A program made the translations under genes and the position numbers. From Eledone cirrhosa (Eukaryota), in contig OZ024741.1 of NCBI GenBank assembly GCA_964016885.1, positions 317,006,001 through 317,070,000 on the forward strand: DNA of 64,000 nt, given 5' to 3'. Positions 44,903 to 58,270 of the stretch are shown here, piece by piece. The stretch's first letter is position 1. Each line of letters begins with the position of its first letter. The notes beneath the pieces are model-generated. The model saw nothing but the letters and a program-made list of their open reading frames with translations, was not told where the DNA came from and did no database searches.

Positions 44903-46280
44903 TTCCGGGAGAGATGACCCCTGAGCCTTTGTCAAGGCCGAATTCTAGGAGAAGGAAAACTCTGATATAACACCTGTAACTCTGATGGTATCCAATGATG
45001 TTAACTTGTTCTTCTTTTTGGTAAATATCATCTTGGTTAAGAGAGTGGGACTGGCTTTGTGCAGTGCCTTTGCTCACTATAAAAGCTTCACGGCACAGGC
45101 ATTGCTTTATATCTGGAGATCTCTCTGCACTTGTCGTCACATGGTACCATGGGCCTAGCACTTTGTGTCAATAATTGTCACAAGTGTAGTGTTTGTACCA
45201 GAGTTTTCAAATCGCTGGCTGGACTAAAAAGTCACACTCGTTCAGCGCATCAGTAGGGGTTCTCCTACATGGATATAAAGTAGTGGCCGTACTCGAAAAC
45301 GAGTTGGCAGCCACCATATATGTATGTATGTATGCATGTATGTATATATGTATGTCAGGTCACCAGTTGGTGCTACTGGTAACATGTATTCCAGTACAAC
45401 CTGTCTCATGGTCGGGTCGTTGGCGACTAAACTGGCAACCCCACCAAGGTTTCTTGGTGAGGAGGGTGACTTTGGACATCCTGCAGGACTAAAAACAAAA
45501 CCTGTCAAAGGGCAAAGGAGCTCGTAAGAGTCAATGGCCATCCAAAATCACCGGGAGAGATGACCCCTTAGCCTTTGTCAAGGCAGAATTCTAGGAGAAG
45601 GAAAACTCTGATATAACACCTGCAACTCTGATGGTATCCAATGATGTTGACTTGTTCTTCTTTTTGGTAAATATCATCTTGGTTAAGAGAGTGGGACTGG
45701 CTTTGTGCAGTGCCTTTGCTCACTATAAAAGCTTCACGGCACAGGCATTGCTTTATATCTGGAGATCTCTCTGCACTTATCGTCACATGGTACCATGGTT
45801 CCAGCACTATGTGTCAATGATTGTCACAAGTGTAGTGTTTGTACCAGAGTTTTCAAGTCGCTGGCTGGACTAAAAAGTCACACTCGTTCAGCGCATCGGT
45901 AGGGGTTCTCCTACATGGATATAAAGTAGTGGCCGTACTCGAAAATGAGTTGGCAGCCACCATGTATGTATGTGTGTATATATGTATCTATATATGTATG
46001 TATGTATGTATATGTGGATGTATGTATGTATATGTGTATGTATGTATGTATATATATATGTTCACGGCACAGGCATTGCTTTGTATCTGGAGATCTCTCT
46101 GCACTTGTCGTCACATGGTACCATGGGCCCAGCACTATGTGTCAATAATTGTCACAAGTGTAGTGTTTGTACCAGAGTTTTCAAGTCGCTGGCTGGACTA
46201 AAAAGTCACGCTCGTTAGGGGTTTTCCTACATGGATATAAAGTAGTGGCCGTACTCGAAAACGAGTTGGCAGCCAACATA
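44903..46280 (+). mobile_element. Three head-to-tail copies of a short RTE derivative (44903-45316, 45354-45962, 46061-46278)
   Basis: Each ends CHKCSVCTRVFKSLAGLKSH..gtactcgaaaa(c/t)gagttggcagcca plus TATG. Confidence 0.82.
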
Positions 46281-46703
46281 TATGTATGTATGTACAAATA
46301 TGTATGTGTATTCATTATGTATGTATATATGTTTGTATATATGTATGTATGTATGAATGTTTTTATGTATGTATTTATATACACATATATATATGTATGT
46401 ATATATGTATGTATATATGTATGTATATACACATATGTGTGTATATATGTTTATATATATATGTATGCATCTATAAATGTATGTATTTATATACACATAT
46501 GTATGTATGTATATACACATATGTGTGTATATATCTTTAGATACATGTATGTATGTATGTATGTATGTATGTATGTATGTATGTATGTATGTATGTATGT
46601 ATGTATGCATGAATTTATGTGCGTGTGTGCGTATGTACGTCTCTATATATGTATTTATGTCCGTGCGTCTGTATGAGTTTGGATGTGAGACTGAGTGACA
46701 ACA

Positions 46704-46743
<40 letters not shown>

Positions 46744-46847
46744 AATGCTTGTGCTTGTATGTGTATATGTGTACGTGTGTACAATATAGATCTTAATGTT
46801 TATTCGAAACTATCTTCTTGGACAAGTGTAGTTGCGCGTCTCAGCTT

Positions 46848-47646
46848 GTGTGTGTGTGTGTGTGTGTGTGTTCCTCTGTGTGTGTTTATGTGTGTATGTA
46901 AGTGTGCGTGTGCCTATGTGTTCCTCTGTGTGTGTCCAGATGTGTATGTTTATGTGTGTATGTAAGTGTGTGTGTGTCTATGTGTTCCTCTGTGTATGTC
47001 TATATGTGTATGTCTATGTGTGTATGTATGTGTGTGTCTATGTGTTCCTCTGTATGTGTGTGTCTATATGTGTATGTTTATGTGTGTATGTAAGTGTGTG
47101 TGTGTGTGTGTGTGTTCCTCTGTGTGTGTCTATATGTGTATGTCTATGTGTGTATGTATGTGTGTGTCTATGTGTTCCTCTGTATGTGTGTGTCTATATG
47201 TGTATCTTTATGTGTGTATGTAAGTGTGTGTGTGTGTGTGTGTGTGTTCCTCTGTGTGTGTCTATATGTGTATGTCTATGTGTGTATGTATGTGTGTGTC
47301 TTTGTGTTCCTCTGTATGTGTGTGTCTATATGTGTATGTTTATGTGTGTATGTAAGTGTGTGTGTGTGTGTGTGTGTTCCTCTGTGTGTGTCTATATGTG
47401 TATGTCTATGTGTGTATGTATGTGTGTGTATGTGTCTATGTGTTCCTCTGTATGTGTGTGTCTATATGCGTATGTGTGTATGTGTGTGTGTGTGTATGTG
47501 TGTGTGTATCTGTGTGTGTGTCTACGTGTTCATCTGTGTGTGTCTATATGTGTATATGTGTATGTGTGTGTATGTATGTATGTGTGTGTGTGTGTGTGTC
47601 TATGTGTTCCTCTGTGTGTATGTCTATGTATGTATCTATCTGTGTG
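46848..47646. repeat. GT-rich higher-order minisatellite (unit about 120-130 bp)
   Basis: Recurring tttatgtgtgtatgtaagtgtg and ttcctctgt landmarks. Confidence 0.9.
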
Positions 47647-47727
47647 AGTTATCGATTAGGTTGAATGCTTGTGGATTTGTAGGTTAAGTGCAGCAGCAGC
47701 AGCAGCAGTTTTAGTAGTAAATCAACA

Positions 47728-47738
47728 TCACAATCAAT

Positions 47739-47775
<37 letters not shown>

Positions 47776-48412
47776 ACATCATCATCATCATCATCGTCAT
47801 CTTTATTATCATTTATTATCCTCATAAATATCCCCATCACCATCATCACACCATCACCACCACCATCATCACCATCATCACCATCAATATCACCACCACC
47901 ATCATCACACCATCACCACCACCATCATCACCATCATCACCATCAATATCACCACCACCATCATCACACCATCATCACCACCATCACCACCATCTCCATC
48001 ATCATCATCAATATCACCATCATCACCATCATCATCATCACCACCATCACCACCATCACCACCATCACCATCACCAACATCACCATCAACTTTGACATCA
48101 TTATCACCCTCACCATCCTCCCCCTCCCACTCATCCTCATCATCATCACCACCATCACCACCATCACCATCAATATCAACATCACCATCATCACCATCAT
48201 CATCATCACCACCATCACCACCATCACCACCATCACCATCAATATCAACATCACCATCATCACCATCATCATCATCACCACCATCACCACCATCACCACC
48301 ATCACCATCAATATCAACATCACCATCAACTTTGACATCATTATCACCCTCACCATCCTCCCCCTCCCACTCATCCTCATCATTATCACTGCCATCACCA
48401 TCACCTTCAATG
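47728..48412. repeat. (CAT/CAC)n array with higher-order duplications
   Basis: aactttgacatcattatcaccctcaccatcctccccctcccac at 48088 and 48328. Confidence 0.92.
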
Positions 48413-48562
48413 TTATCCTTACACATACCTTTGAGTCAGGTTTATATATATGTGATGTGTGCGTCACCAACTCATCTTCTACTTCCTCTTCTCCTTCTCT
48501 TCCTTCTCTCCTCCTCCACTTCATTATTTTCCTCTTCCTCTTTCTACCCCTCCTCCTTTTCC

Positions 48563-48753
48563 TCTTCTTCTTCTTCTTCTTCTTCTTCTTCTTCTTCTTC
48601 TTCTTCTTCTTCTTCTTCTTCTTCTTCTTCTTCTTCTTCTTCTTCTTCTTCTTCTTCTTCTTCTTCTTCTTCTTCTTCTTCTTCTTCTTCTTCTTCTTCT
48701 TCTTCTTCTTCTTCTTCTTCTTCTTCTTCTTCTTCTTCTTCTTCTTCTTCTTC
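48563..48753. repeat. (TTC)n microsatellite
   Basis: Direct reading. Confidence 0.98.
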
Positions 48754-49156
48754 ATTCGTCATCATCGTCACCACTGTAGTCACCATCAGTGTGTGTGATA
48801 CCGCCAGTAATGATACGAAATCCCACAGATCTATTCCAGATGGGTGGCTGATGAGGGCTATAGACACTGTTTTTTCTTTGCATTTCATTCTATAAATTCG
48901 TTTTACACATTCTATTGTAGAAACAAATTGCTTATATATATATATAAGTTGAAAATTGCAAACTTGACTGTCACCACAGAATCTGAACCTGAAGATTGCG
49001 AAAGCATGAAAGTACTTGTTCAATTAACACTTAACATTTAATATTCTACCATACTATTTCATTCTAATACCATTATAAATTTTAAAGGATTGTAAATAAA
49101 ACGAGTAAATCAGACAAAGTTGTAATTCCTTTTATTAATATATATATATATATATA

Positions 49157-49310
49157 TAGGAAAAAGTATGAGTAGTCCAGAAATAGCCGTCGAAACGGCT
49201 TGAGCTCTGCCGTCGGGGTCATACTTTTACCTATTGCCCACTCTACTACACTAAGTATTGAGTACTTTGGTGCGTTATGGCCCATCTAGTTCCTTACCAC
49301 AATTCCTTCG

Positions 49311-49313
<3 letters not shown>
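49157..49313 (+). mobile_element. Miniature element, family G, with 15-bp inverted arm
   Basis: taggaaaaagtatga / tcatacttttaccta; GAAA cggc ttgagctct gccg TC. Confidence 0.8.
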
Positions 49314-49371
<58 letters not shown>

Positions 49372-49374
<3 letters not shown>

Positions 49375-49623
49375 GAAGTAATTCCGTCGGAAAAGTCCAG
49401 GAAAAAAGAGTGCTCTATGTAGGTTACAGAGCTTAATAGTTATGTAATAAACAACATAAGGCAATTATTTCATTTACCAGTGGTTTCTTAAAAGCAAACA
49501 AATTTTGCTTTCAATCATCAGAATGACACCAGGATTTTTTCATTCTGATGATTGAAAGCAGAATTTGTTTGCTTTTAAGAAGCCACTGGTAAATGAAATA
49601 ATTGCCTTATGTTGTTTATTACA

Positions 49624-49630
<7 letters not shown>
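49372..49630 (-). mobile_element. Miniature fold-back PLE end with two divergent hammerheads (49470-49526 minus; 49538-49598 plus, GAAA mutated to GAAG)
   Basis: Near-identical to 8133-8380 but with a different central junction. Confidence 0.88.
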
Positions 49631-49662
<32 letters not shown>

Positions 49663-49962
49663 CAAAAATGGCGAACTGTGTTGCTGCATTTAAGTATAAA
49701 AAATGAAGAATTAGAAATAGATGTTAGGAATATCCATCATCAGTTGTCTACTAGGCATCATAGGTATTTCTTCGCATTACAGACAATATACCTCCGCCTA
49801 GGGCTATACAATAACTAAAATAAGTTATTGGGATAAAAAGAGTTGGGTGGAGAAAGAGAAAGACATGTAAACAGACACGAATGGGGAGGCAACGTAAAGA
49901 GAGGAAAAAATGAAAAAATCAAGTCAATAATTCATTTCGAACATAAGAATCGGCGAATTTTG

Positions 49963-50042
<80 letters not shown>

Positions 50043-50045
50043 ATG

Positions 50046-50735
<690 letters not shown>

Positions 50736-50925
50736 AATATATATATATATATATATGAATACATAAACCCTTAACATCGGTTAACTAGGGCAATTGGCTA
50801 AAATGGACACCCTCCCTCCGTCCCGAATTAAACTACGTTTGTAATGTTTCACAGTACTTTACACAGTACAAATCATATTTCATTTTCACTTACAATCTGA
50901 TGTCACGAGAATATGTTATATGATA

Positions 50926-51075
50926 CCGTATTTCCCGGCGCCGAAGACGCACCCTAATTTTGACAACCAAAAATTAGAAAAAAATAATAAACAGCCTTCG
51001 GTCTACAAGACGCATGGTAGATTTTTGAGACTTATTTTAGGGAAAATGTAGCGTCTTCGACGCCGGGAAATACGG
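50926..51075. mobile_element. pogo/Tigger-type MITE
   Basis: 25-bp TIR ccgtatttcccggcgccgaagacgc / gcgtcttcgacgccgggaaatacgg; TA on both sides. Confidence 0.88.
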
Positions 51076-51996
51076 TAATTATTTTTCCGAATTTCTGACT
51101 GTAACCTGTATGAAAATATGTTCACGTTATTACTTGTTGCTGTTATTATTAATTCAACATATGAATTATGTTAAATCATTAAAAAGAAAAATATTCGCAG
51201 AAAAGAAAAATATTCAGCCCTGAAAGGGTTAATTGTTAAACTTCAGTGAATAACAATTCCCATTAGAAATAGAAATTAACAATTTATAAAACAAATTATC
51301 TGCTTAGTGAAACAGTAGAGTCCAAAAAATATTAGTGATATTCAGCATCGGCAAAATATATCGCACAAATTAACTGTAAGTTTATATTGTCTGTGAATAC
51401 ACGCACGAGAAACATTATTTTAAGGTCAACAAGGCCTTGAGTGCAGATTTCTGAGAGATACATTACTGGACCTTAAAGAATCACAGTTTCATACAAGTTT
51501 GTATAATAAAATTAGATATATGATAATTTTCTCCAACCAATAACTATATGGATGAATATCTTTGGAACGTAGCAACGTTGTTGAAATATCTAAAGTGGTG
51601 GAGAAGGTTTTATAGTGTTATGATCTGACACATAATTTGTCGTGAGTGATTGTGGACTGTGTTGTGGAATATGCTATGTTTCCGGACACTGAATACTTAG
51701 CTACACCTTGCATAGCTATCCTGGGTTATAAAAACCTAACCACACATTGTAGAGCTAACCTAGGGCACTAAATACGTAGCCATACATTGTAAAGCTAGCC
51801 TAGGGCGCATCCAATGTACTGTATCGATAACCCACAGCAAAAATTTCTATATTGCTGCAACATCCGAAAATTTCAAATCCCGTTATTACTTCCATCGACA
51901 GGCTTTTAAGAACGAAAAATTAAGGAACTCAACTTCCCTGGCACATTTTATTTGGATTTGAAAAAGTCAAACATCGGTTATATAAAGCTTCAGCAT

Positions 51997-52560
51997 TTCT
52001 TCTTCTTCTTCTTCTTCTTCTTCTTCTTCTTCTTCTTCTTCTTCTTCTTCTTCTTCTTCTTCTTCTTCTTCTTCTTCTTCTTCTTCTTCTTCTTCTTCTT
52101 CTTCTTCTTCTTCTTCTTCTTCTTCTTCTTCTTCTTCTTCTTCTTCTTCTTCTTCTTCTTCTTCTTCTTCTTCTTCTTCTTCTTCTTCTTCTTCTTCTTC
52201 TTCTTCTTCTTCTTCTTCTTCTTCTTCTTCTTCTTCTTCTTCTTCTTCTTCTTCTTCTTCTTCTTTCTGAGAGGGTCATGGGGGCAGAGTCCTCAAACAC
52301 ACCCTCCAACTGGTCCTGTCAGAAGCAACGATCTCCAGCTGATCCGGCTGGATCCCTAAGCATGGCCAGCCAATCTCAAGGATGTTATCCAATCACCTTG
52401 CTCGGGGTCTACCCCTGGGTCTCCTACCCGTTGGTTTTGCTCGTAAAATCTGTTCAGTGATTCTTTCCTGAGACATTCTAACCACACGCCCATAATATCG
52501 GTGCTGTGATCTCTCAATTAGGAGAAGTAGCGGCTCTACCTGGAATGCTTTTAGCTGATG
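51997..52560 (-). mobile_element. RTE-like LINE 3' fragment with expanded (GAA)n tail (51997-52265)
   Basis: Minus strand YYGRVVRMSQERITEQILRAKPTGRRPRGRPRA. Confidence 0.72.
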
Positions 52561-52784
52561 AGGAAAGGTTTCAGCATTTAGGCCAGCAATTCTTTCGACT
52601 TGTCTATATAAAAATTCCCACTTATTTTATTGATCCTACATAATAGTAAAAATATTATTCAAAAATTAGACTTGTAGCGTATGATCCCTTTAAGTTGCTT
52701 TGATTGTTACATATCTCATTGTCTTCTATATCTGTATGAGTCTACACACTGATGCTGGTTTGGTATTGCTATGTTGCATATATA

Positions 52785-52863
52785 TTGGGTCGTCAAGTAT
52801 GAAATTTGTAGAAATGTTTAAAGAACACACAAATTTCTACAAATTTCATACTTGACGACCAAA
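52785..52863. mobile_element. 79-bp mariner-type MITE consisting almost entirely of TIRs
   Basis: ttgggtcgtcaagtatgaaatttgtagaaat / atttctacaaatttcatacttgacgaccaaa; TA flanks. Confidence 0.8.
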
Positions 52864-53333
52864 TAGTTTTCTTTTTCTGGATTAAAACATACTTTATTGT
52901 GCCGTATATTATAATATATACATAATTTCTAAATAACTCTGCAAACCCATCTGGAGATAATCATACACTTGCTTTTATTGATTTTGTCTCTCTATAATTA
53001 TTATTCAACCATGAGTAGATTATTATTCTCATTTTTTTTTTCAGCGTTAAAGTTATATGCATCCTTTTCGTATCTGCCCTTTTCATGTATAAACACATCA
53101 TGGTTTAATTAACATAGGTAGGCGTAGATTTTGGTGTTTATGGATGTATATTTTGGGGGCGCCATACTTCTGTGAATAACTATGTGTTTAGGTGCATATA
53201 GAGGGCTTTTATTCGCATCTTTATTGAACTATATGTTGATAATAAAACTGTTTTTTGTTCGTGTAAATATATACGTATTTGTGCATATGTATGCATATGT
53301 ATGCATATGTATGAATATATATATATATATGTA

Positions 53334-53381
<48 letters not shown>

Positions 53382-53384
<3 letters not shown>

Positions 53385-54054
53385 GGCTGAGAATGAATGA
53401 GACTAAGACAAAATGTCTGGTAGAAAATATTGAGAAGCCAGAGGGGATCACTAATATAGGCGGGAAGACGCTGGAATTAGTTGAGAACTTCCTGTATTTA
53501 GGGGCAAAGATTGGGAATATGGAAGATGATGTGGTTGAGAGGAAGAGCAAAGTCTGGGCGGCGTACCACAGCTCGAGATCGGTGTGGAAGTCGGACCTTC
53601 GTGAAGACCTGAAAATCCGCCTCTTCATTGCATTGCTATAGTGGAGTCTGTGCTGCTGTACGGGTCTGAGACTTGGACACTGACCAAGAAACTCACTCAG
53701 ATGGTGGATGAGTGCTACACGAAAATGCTGAGGATGGCTCTGAACATTAATCAGTATACACTGAGGATGAAGAACTCAGAGCTGTATAGGAGCCTCCCAA
53801 AAGTCAGTTCAAAAGTGACACAGAGGAGACTGGGGTTAGCTGGACATGGTCACCGACATCCAGAGTTGACACTGCACTCAGTGCTCCTGTGGGAGCCCCT
53901 ACATGGACACACTGGAAGATGAAGAGCGAAATTAACATATGTTGATGCCTTAAGGACAGACACTGGTCTGTTGGAGACGCAGGACATTGCAGCGATAATG
54001 AGGGACAGAGACCGCTGGAGAGAACTCGTCCATGGATCTCGGGAATTTTACCCG

Positions 54055-54058
<4 letters not shown>
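53382..54058 (+). mobile_element. RTE/RTEX-like LINE 3' fragment in (TA)n
   Basis: [10 protein letters not shown]...VENFLYLG...ESVLLYGSETWTLTK...YTKMLRMALNI...LAGHGHRH. Confidence 0.85.
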
Positions 54059-54106
<48 letters not shown>

Positions 54107-54723
54107 CGAGAGAGAGAGAGGAACAATTCTGAACGCGGCGCCAAGCGGTTTCGGGTTGGCTTCGCGATCGGGCTTGTACATGTCCCTATACCCACTGTGC
54201 ATCTCCCTATACATTGAGTACTCCCATGATTAGTGGTATGCCTGGTTTCAGCACCGCAGACTCTCTCTCTCTCTCTCTCTCTCTCACTCACATACTCTTT
54301 CTTTGTCTTTCCCTCTCCCTCCTCTCACTCTTTCTTTATCTTCCCCCCTCCCCCCGCTCTCTCTCTCTCGCTACATATATACATATATATAAGTGCGCGC
54401 GTGTAGATGTGTGTGTATGCTTAGAAGTATTGATACTAATGTATGGACAATTGCACGTATTTATGGACGCGCATATTCTTAGGATTTTAAATATGTTTAG
54501 ACATAGTTATATATTTGAGCATCATCATACTTTTATTTTACCAAAATTAAACCATGTTATTATATATATATATATACAATATAGATGCGTGTGTATATGT
54601 GTATATATACATATATATATTGTTAAGTATGGGGATATTTGTTTCAACGCACGTTTTCACATAAAGAATATTGCAAAACAAATACAAATACAAAGTATGT
54701 ATGTATACACGCATGTATGCACA

Positions 54724-54774
<51 letters not shown>

Positions 54775-54927
54775 ACACACAACACACACACACACACCAT
54801 ACGTACAGACATATATGTGTGTGAGTTCATCAGATATTTATTTACGAAGGTAGCCTGCGATAGAATACAGAAAGTATCATAACATGCTTGTAAATAACTT
54901 TCATATATTTCAATCAAATTTGAATCT

Positions 54928-54964
<37 letters not shown>

Positions 54965-55163
54965 TTAAGGATACTATTCATGGTTATCTATATACTAAAA
55001 CCTTTTATAGTTATATATATTTTATACCCTAAATAGTGAAAGACAGTAATTTATTACTATCTTATTACCAGTAAGATAAATAGCTCAATGTAACAACATC
55101 AGTTGTTTTACAGAGCAGTTATATAGAGATTACATGAATCAAAGTTCTGATTAAATCATTTAT

Positions 55164-55212
55164 TTGCTTACAATTGTTTCTTCCAAACCAAGGTTTGGAG
55201 TCTTCGGAGCAA
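55164..55212 (-). ncRNA. Hammerhead ribozyme (U4C variant)
   Basis: ttgct CCGAAGA ctccaaacc..ggtttggaa GAAA C-AATT-G TA agcaa. Confidence 0.82.
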
Positions 55213-57220
55213 TTATTCAGTGATTTTTAACATACTTGACCTCCTTTTCAACACAAGAGACATATAGAAACATATGTATATATTGACCCACAGTGGGTTG
55301 ACAACCATTATAATAATATAGCATGGTAATTTACATACAAAGATTACAGTCATATTAAAGGACAACATTAAAGTTAAAATTAAAATTAAAATTAAAATTA
55401 AATTTAAAATAAAACATTGGCAGTTTACTAAGATAAAGCAAGAGGAAAGTTTGGAGTAGCCAGTGTATGCAACAATCACACGTGTGGCATGCACGTGTGA
55501 CCTATTTATACAAGATTATAGTGCGGCAGATTGTTACATATAAAACAAGCAGTCAAAGCAGGCAATTAAGAGTAGCATAGGGGCTGTACTGGTAAAGCAT
55601 TATTCACACACACCTGTACGATATAGAAGCCAGTGTGTGGATAAACACCAAAAATATCAAAAATATTACAAATGAGAAGCAAAACAGCACCACTGTCCTC
55701 GTACACACCACCACTCTCACAATCCAGGAAACGCAATTTATAGACTACATGTCCATCTCACAATCCACGATGATTCAATATTGGGTGCCTGGTGAACCAT
55801 GCTAGAACATCACAGCTTGTCGTTCTTTAATTCGATTCTATAGAGCAGGTTGTTTTTGTTGTGAGAGATGACATCGTATTATATTCCGGAAGTGTGTGTG
55901 TGATTAAGGGGAGTTAATGCGTAAGGGGAGGTAACTAGCTGATTTCTATAGCTAAATTTATTATCCTAAAGTACATTAATGGTGTCTCAAAAGAGTTTCT
56001 ATCATATAAGGTTATAAACAATTTCTAAATTTAAGTATCTTATCTATAAATTACAGTGTAGTCTATCAAGAAGTACTAAAGGTGTTCATATTAGGATGAT
56101 TACCTTCTATCACAGAGTGCCCCCACCGAATATTCCACATGAAGAGTCAGATCCCCAAATCAATGATCTTTGTAAGTGCACTCCACCCGCAGAACCTGGC
56201 AGGGTCTTATTAGAATCACTTCTATATATGACTCCTGGTAAGCTCTGGGTCATTGCATGTCTGATTGCATGGCAAAGTTAAATATTACTAGGGTAGTCCA
56301 GAGATCAATTCTCACCTACAAAGACACTAATCTGACCATCAAGTCATACATGTATTTATAATTCATACATCACCTGTACATAATTCATTGCACTCAGCAT
56401 ATAGATTATATAGCTCTTTTATGTTAATAAATTAATTACTTAATCTTCCATTTATTCAATGATGGCACTACATACACAGGACAATGTTAGCACAACCAAT
56501 CAGCTAGTTACCTCCCTTACGCATTAACTCCCCTTAATCACACACACACTTCCGGAATATAATACGATGTCATCTCTCACAACAAAAACAACCTGCTCTA
56601 TAGAATCGAATTAAAGAACGACAAGCTGTGATGTTCTAGCATGGTTCACCAGGCACCCAATGTTGAATCATCGTGGATTGTGAGATGGACATGTAGTCTA
56701 TAAATTGCGTTTCCTGGAGTGAGAGTGGTGGTGTGTACGAGGACAGTGGTGCTGTTTTGCTTCTCATTTGTAATATTTTTGATATTTTTGGTGTTTATCC
56801 ACACACGGGCTTCTATATCGTACAGGTGTGTGTGAATAATGCTTTACCAGTACAGCCCCTATGATGCTCTTAATTGCCTGCTTTGACTGCTTGTTTTATA
56901 TGTAACAATCTGCCGCACTATAATCTTGTATAAATAGGACACACGTGCATGCCACACGTGTGATTGTTGCATACACTGGCTACTCCAAACTTTCCTCTTG
57001 CTTTATCTTAGTAAACTGCCAATATTTTATTTTTATTTTAATTTTAATTTTAATTTTAACTTTAATTTTGTCCTTTAATATGACTGTAATCTTTGTATGT
57101 AAATTACCATGCTATATTATTATAATGGATGTCAACCCACTGTGGGTCAATATATACATATGTTTCTATATGTCTCTTGTGTTGAAAAGGAGGTCAAGTA
57201 TGTTAAAAATCACTGAATAA

Positions 57221-57269
57221 TTGCTCCGAAGACTCCAAACCTCGGTTTGGAAGAAACAATTGTAAGCAA
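57221..57269 (+). ncRNA. Hammerhead ribozyme (U4C variant)
   Basis: ttgct CCGAAGA ctccaaacc-tc-ggtttggaa GAAA C-AATT-G TA agcaa. Confidence 0.82.
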
Positions 57270-57367
57270 ATAAATGATTTAAACAGAACTTTGATTCATG
57301 TAATCTCTCCCGCTCTCTCTCTATATATATATAAACACCGATACACACATGGTTAATTGAATATATT

Positions 57368-57464
<97 letters not shown>

Positions 57465-57493
57465 ACCGATACACACATGGTTAATTGAATATA

Positions 57494-57600
<107 letters not shown>

Positions 57601-57734
57601 GTGGAAAGAGAGAGAAAATATAATAGTGAGAGTAAAATAGTAAAAGGAAAATACCAGGCATTAGATAAAAATAAACACAAATATTAACATAAGCACAACA
57701 CGAATGTTATTTATGTTCGTATATATGTAAGTAT

Positions 57735-58205
57735 ATATGTATGTCTCTCTTTCTCTTAATTTCGAGTACATTTTTGACCGGCTACCTTCCTGGTGGCAAG
57801 GTTGTAAAAGAAAAGAAATTATCATCCCTTGAATTACAAGAATGTTTTGAAATTTTGAAGATGCCATATATCGCGGCTATTTGTAGTCTATAAATTAGGG
57901 AGCAGCGTTCTTAGTCCACAAATCCAAGTTCAGTCATACTTTGGTCCAAGCGGGTTGGTATATAACCTGTAGCTCCAATTCTAATGGGTACGAAGCTGAA
58001 GGTGTATCTTAGATACTGGATCTGCAAACTCCCCATCAATGGTCCGTAGATGTCCTCCTTCTCTTGTATTTTTCTTACAATGTTGACATCAAGTGGACGG
58101 CTGATCTCTACAACTGAGCACATTTTAGATGTGCTTTAATTTGGCGACATTTTTTATTTTCAGGTTCCACCAGTATTCCTTAGTGCCATCTATCTCAACA
58201 TATTC
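57735..58205 (-). mobile_element. R4-like LINE 3' fragment (endonuclease end)
   Basis: CSVVEISRPLDVNIVRKIQEKEDIYGPL...FVPIRIGATGYI. Confidence 0.78.
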
Positions 58206-58270
58206 CGCCTATGTATGTATGTATGTATGTATGTATGTATGTATGTATGTATGTATGTATGTATGTATGT

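Larger units (their letters stand above)
54961..57308 (-). mobile_element. Non-coding PLE-type insertion with about 815-bp inverted arms (55125-55944 / 56498-57308), each ending in a hammerhead
   Basis: Near-identical arms, 553-bp spacer, (TA)n flanks; left side extends about 165 bp further. Confidence 0.85.

Noticed and set aside
46848-47646. CRISPR-like regular array
   Set aside because: No unique spacers or cas genes; eukaryotic minisatellite.
47905-48426. 173-aa Asp/Gly-rich ORF
   Set aside because: Open because trinucleotide repeats lack stops; no splice or domain evidence.
55213-57220. Two near-identical 91-93-aa hydrophobic ORFs
   Set aside because: By-product of the inverted arms; the ILIL run comes from a (TTTTAA)n repeat.
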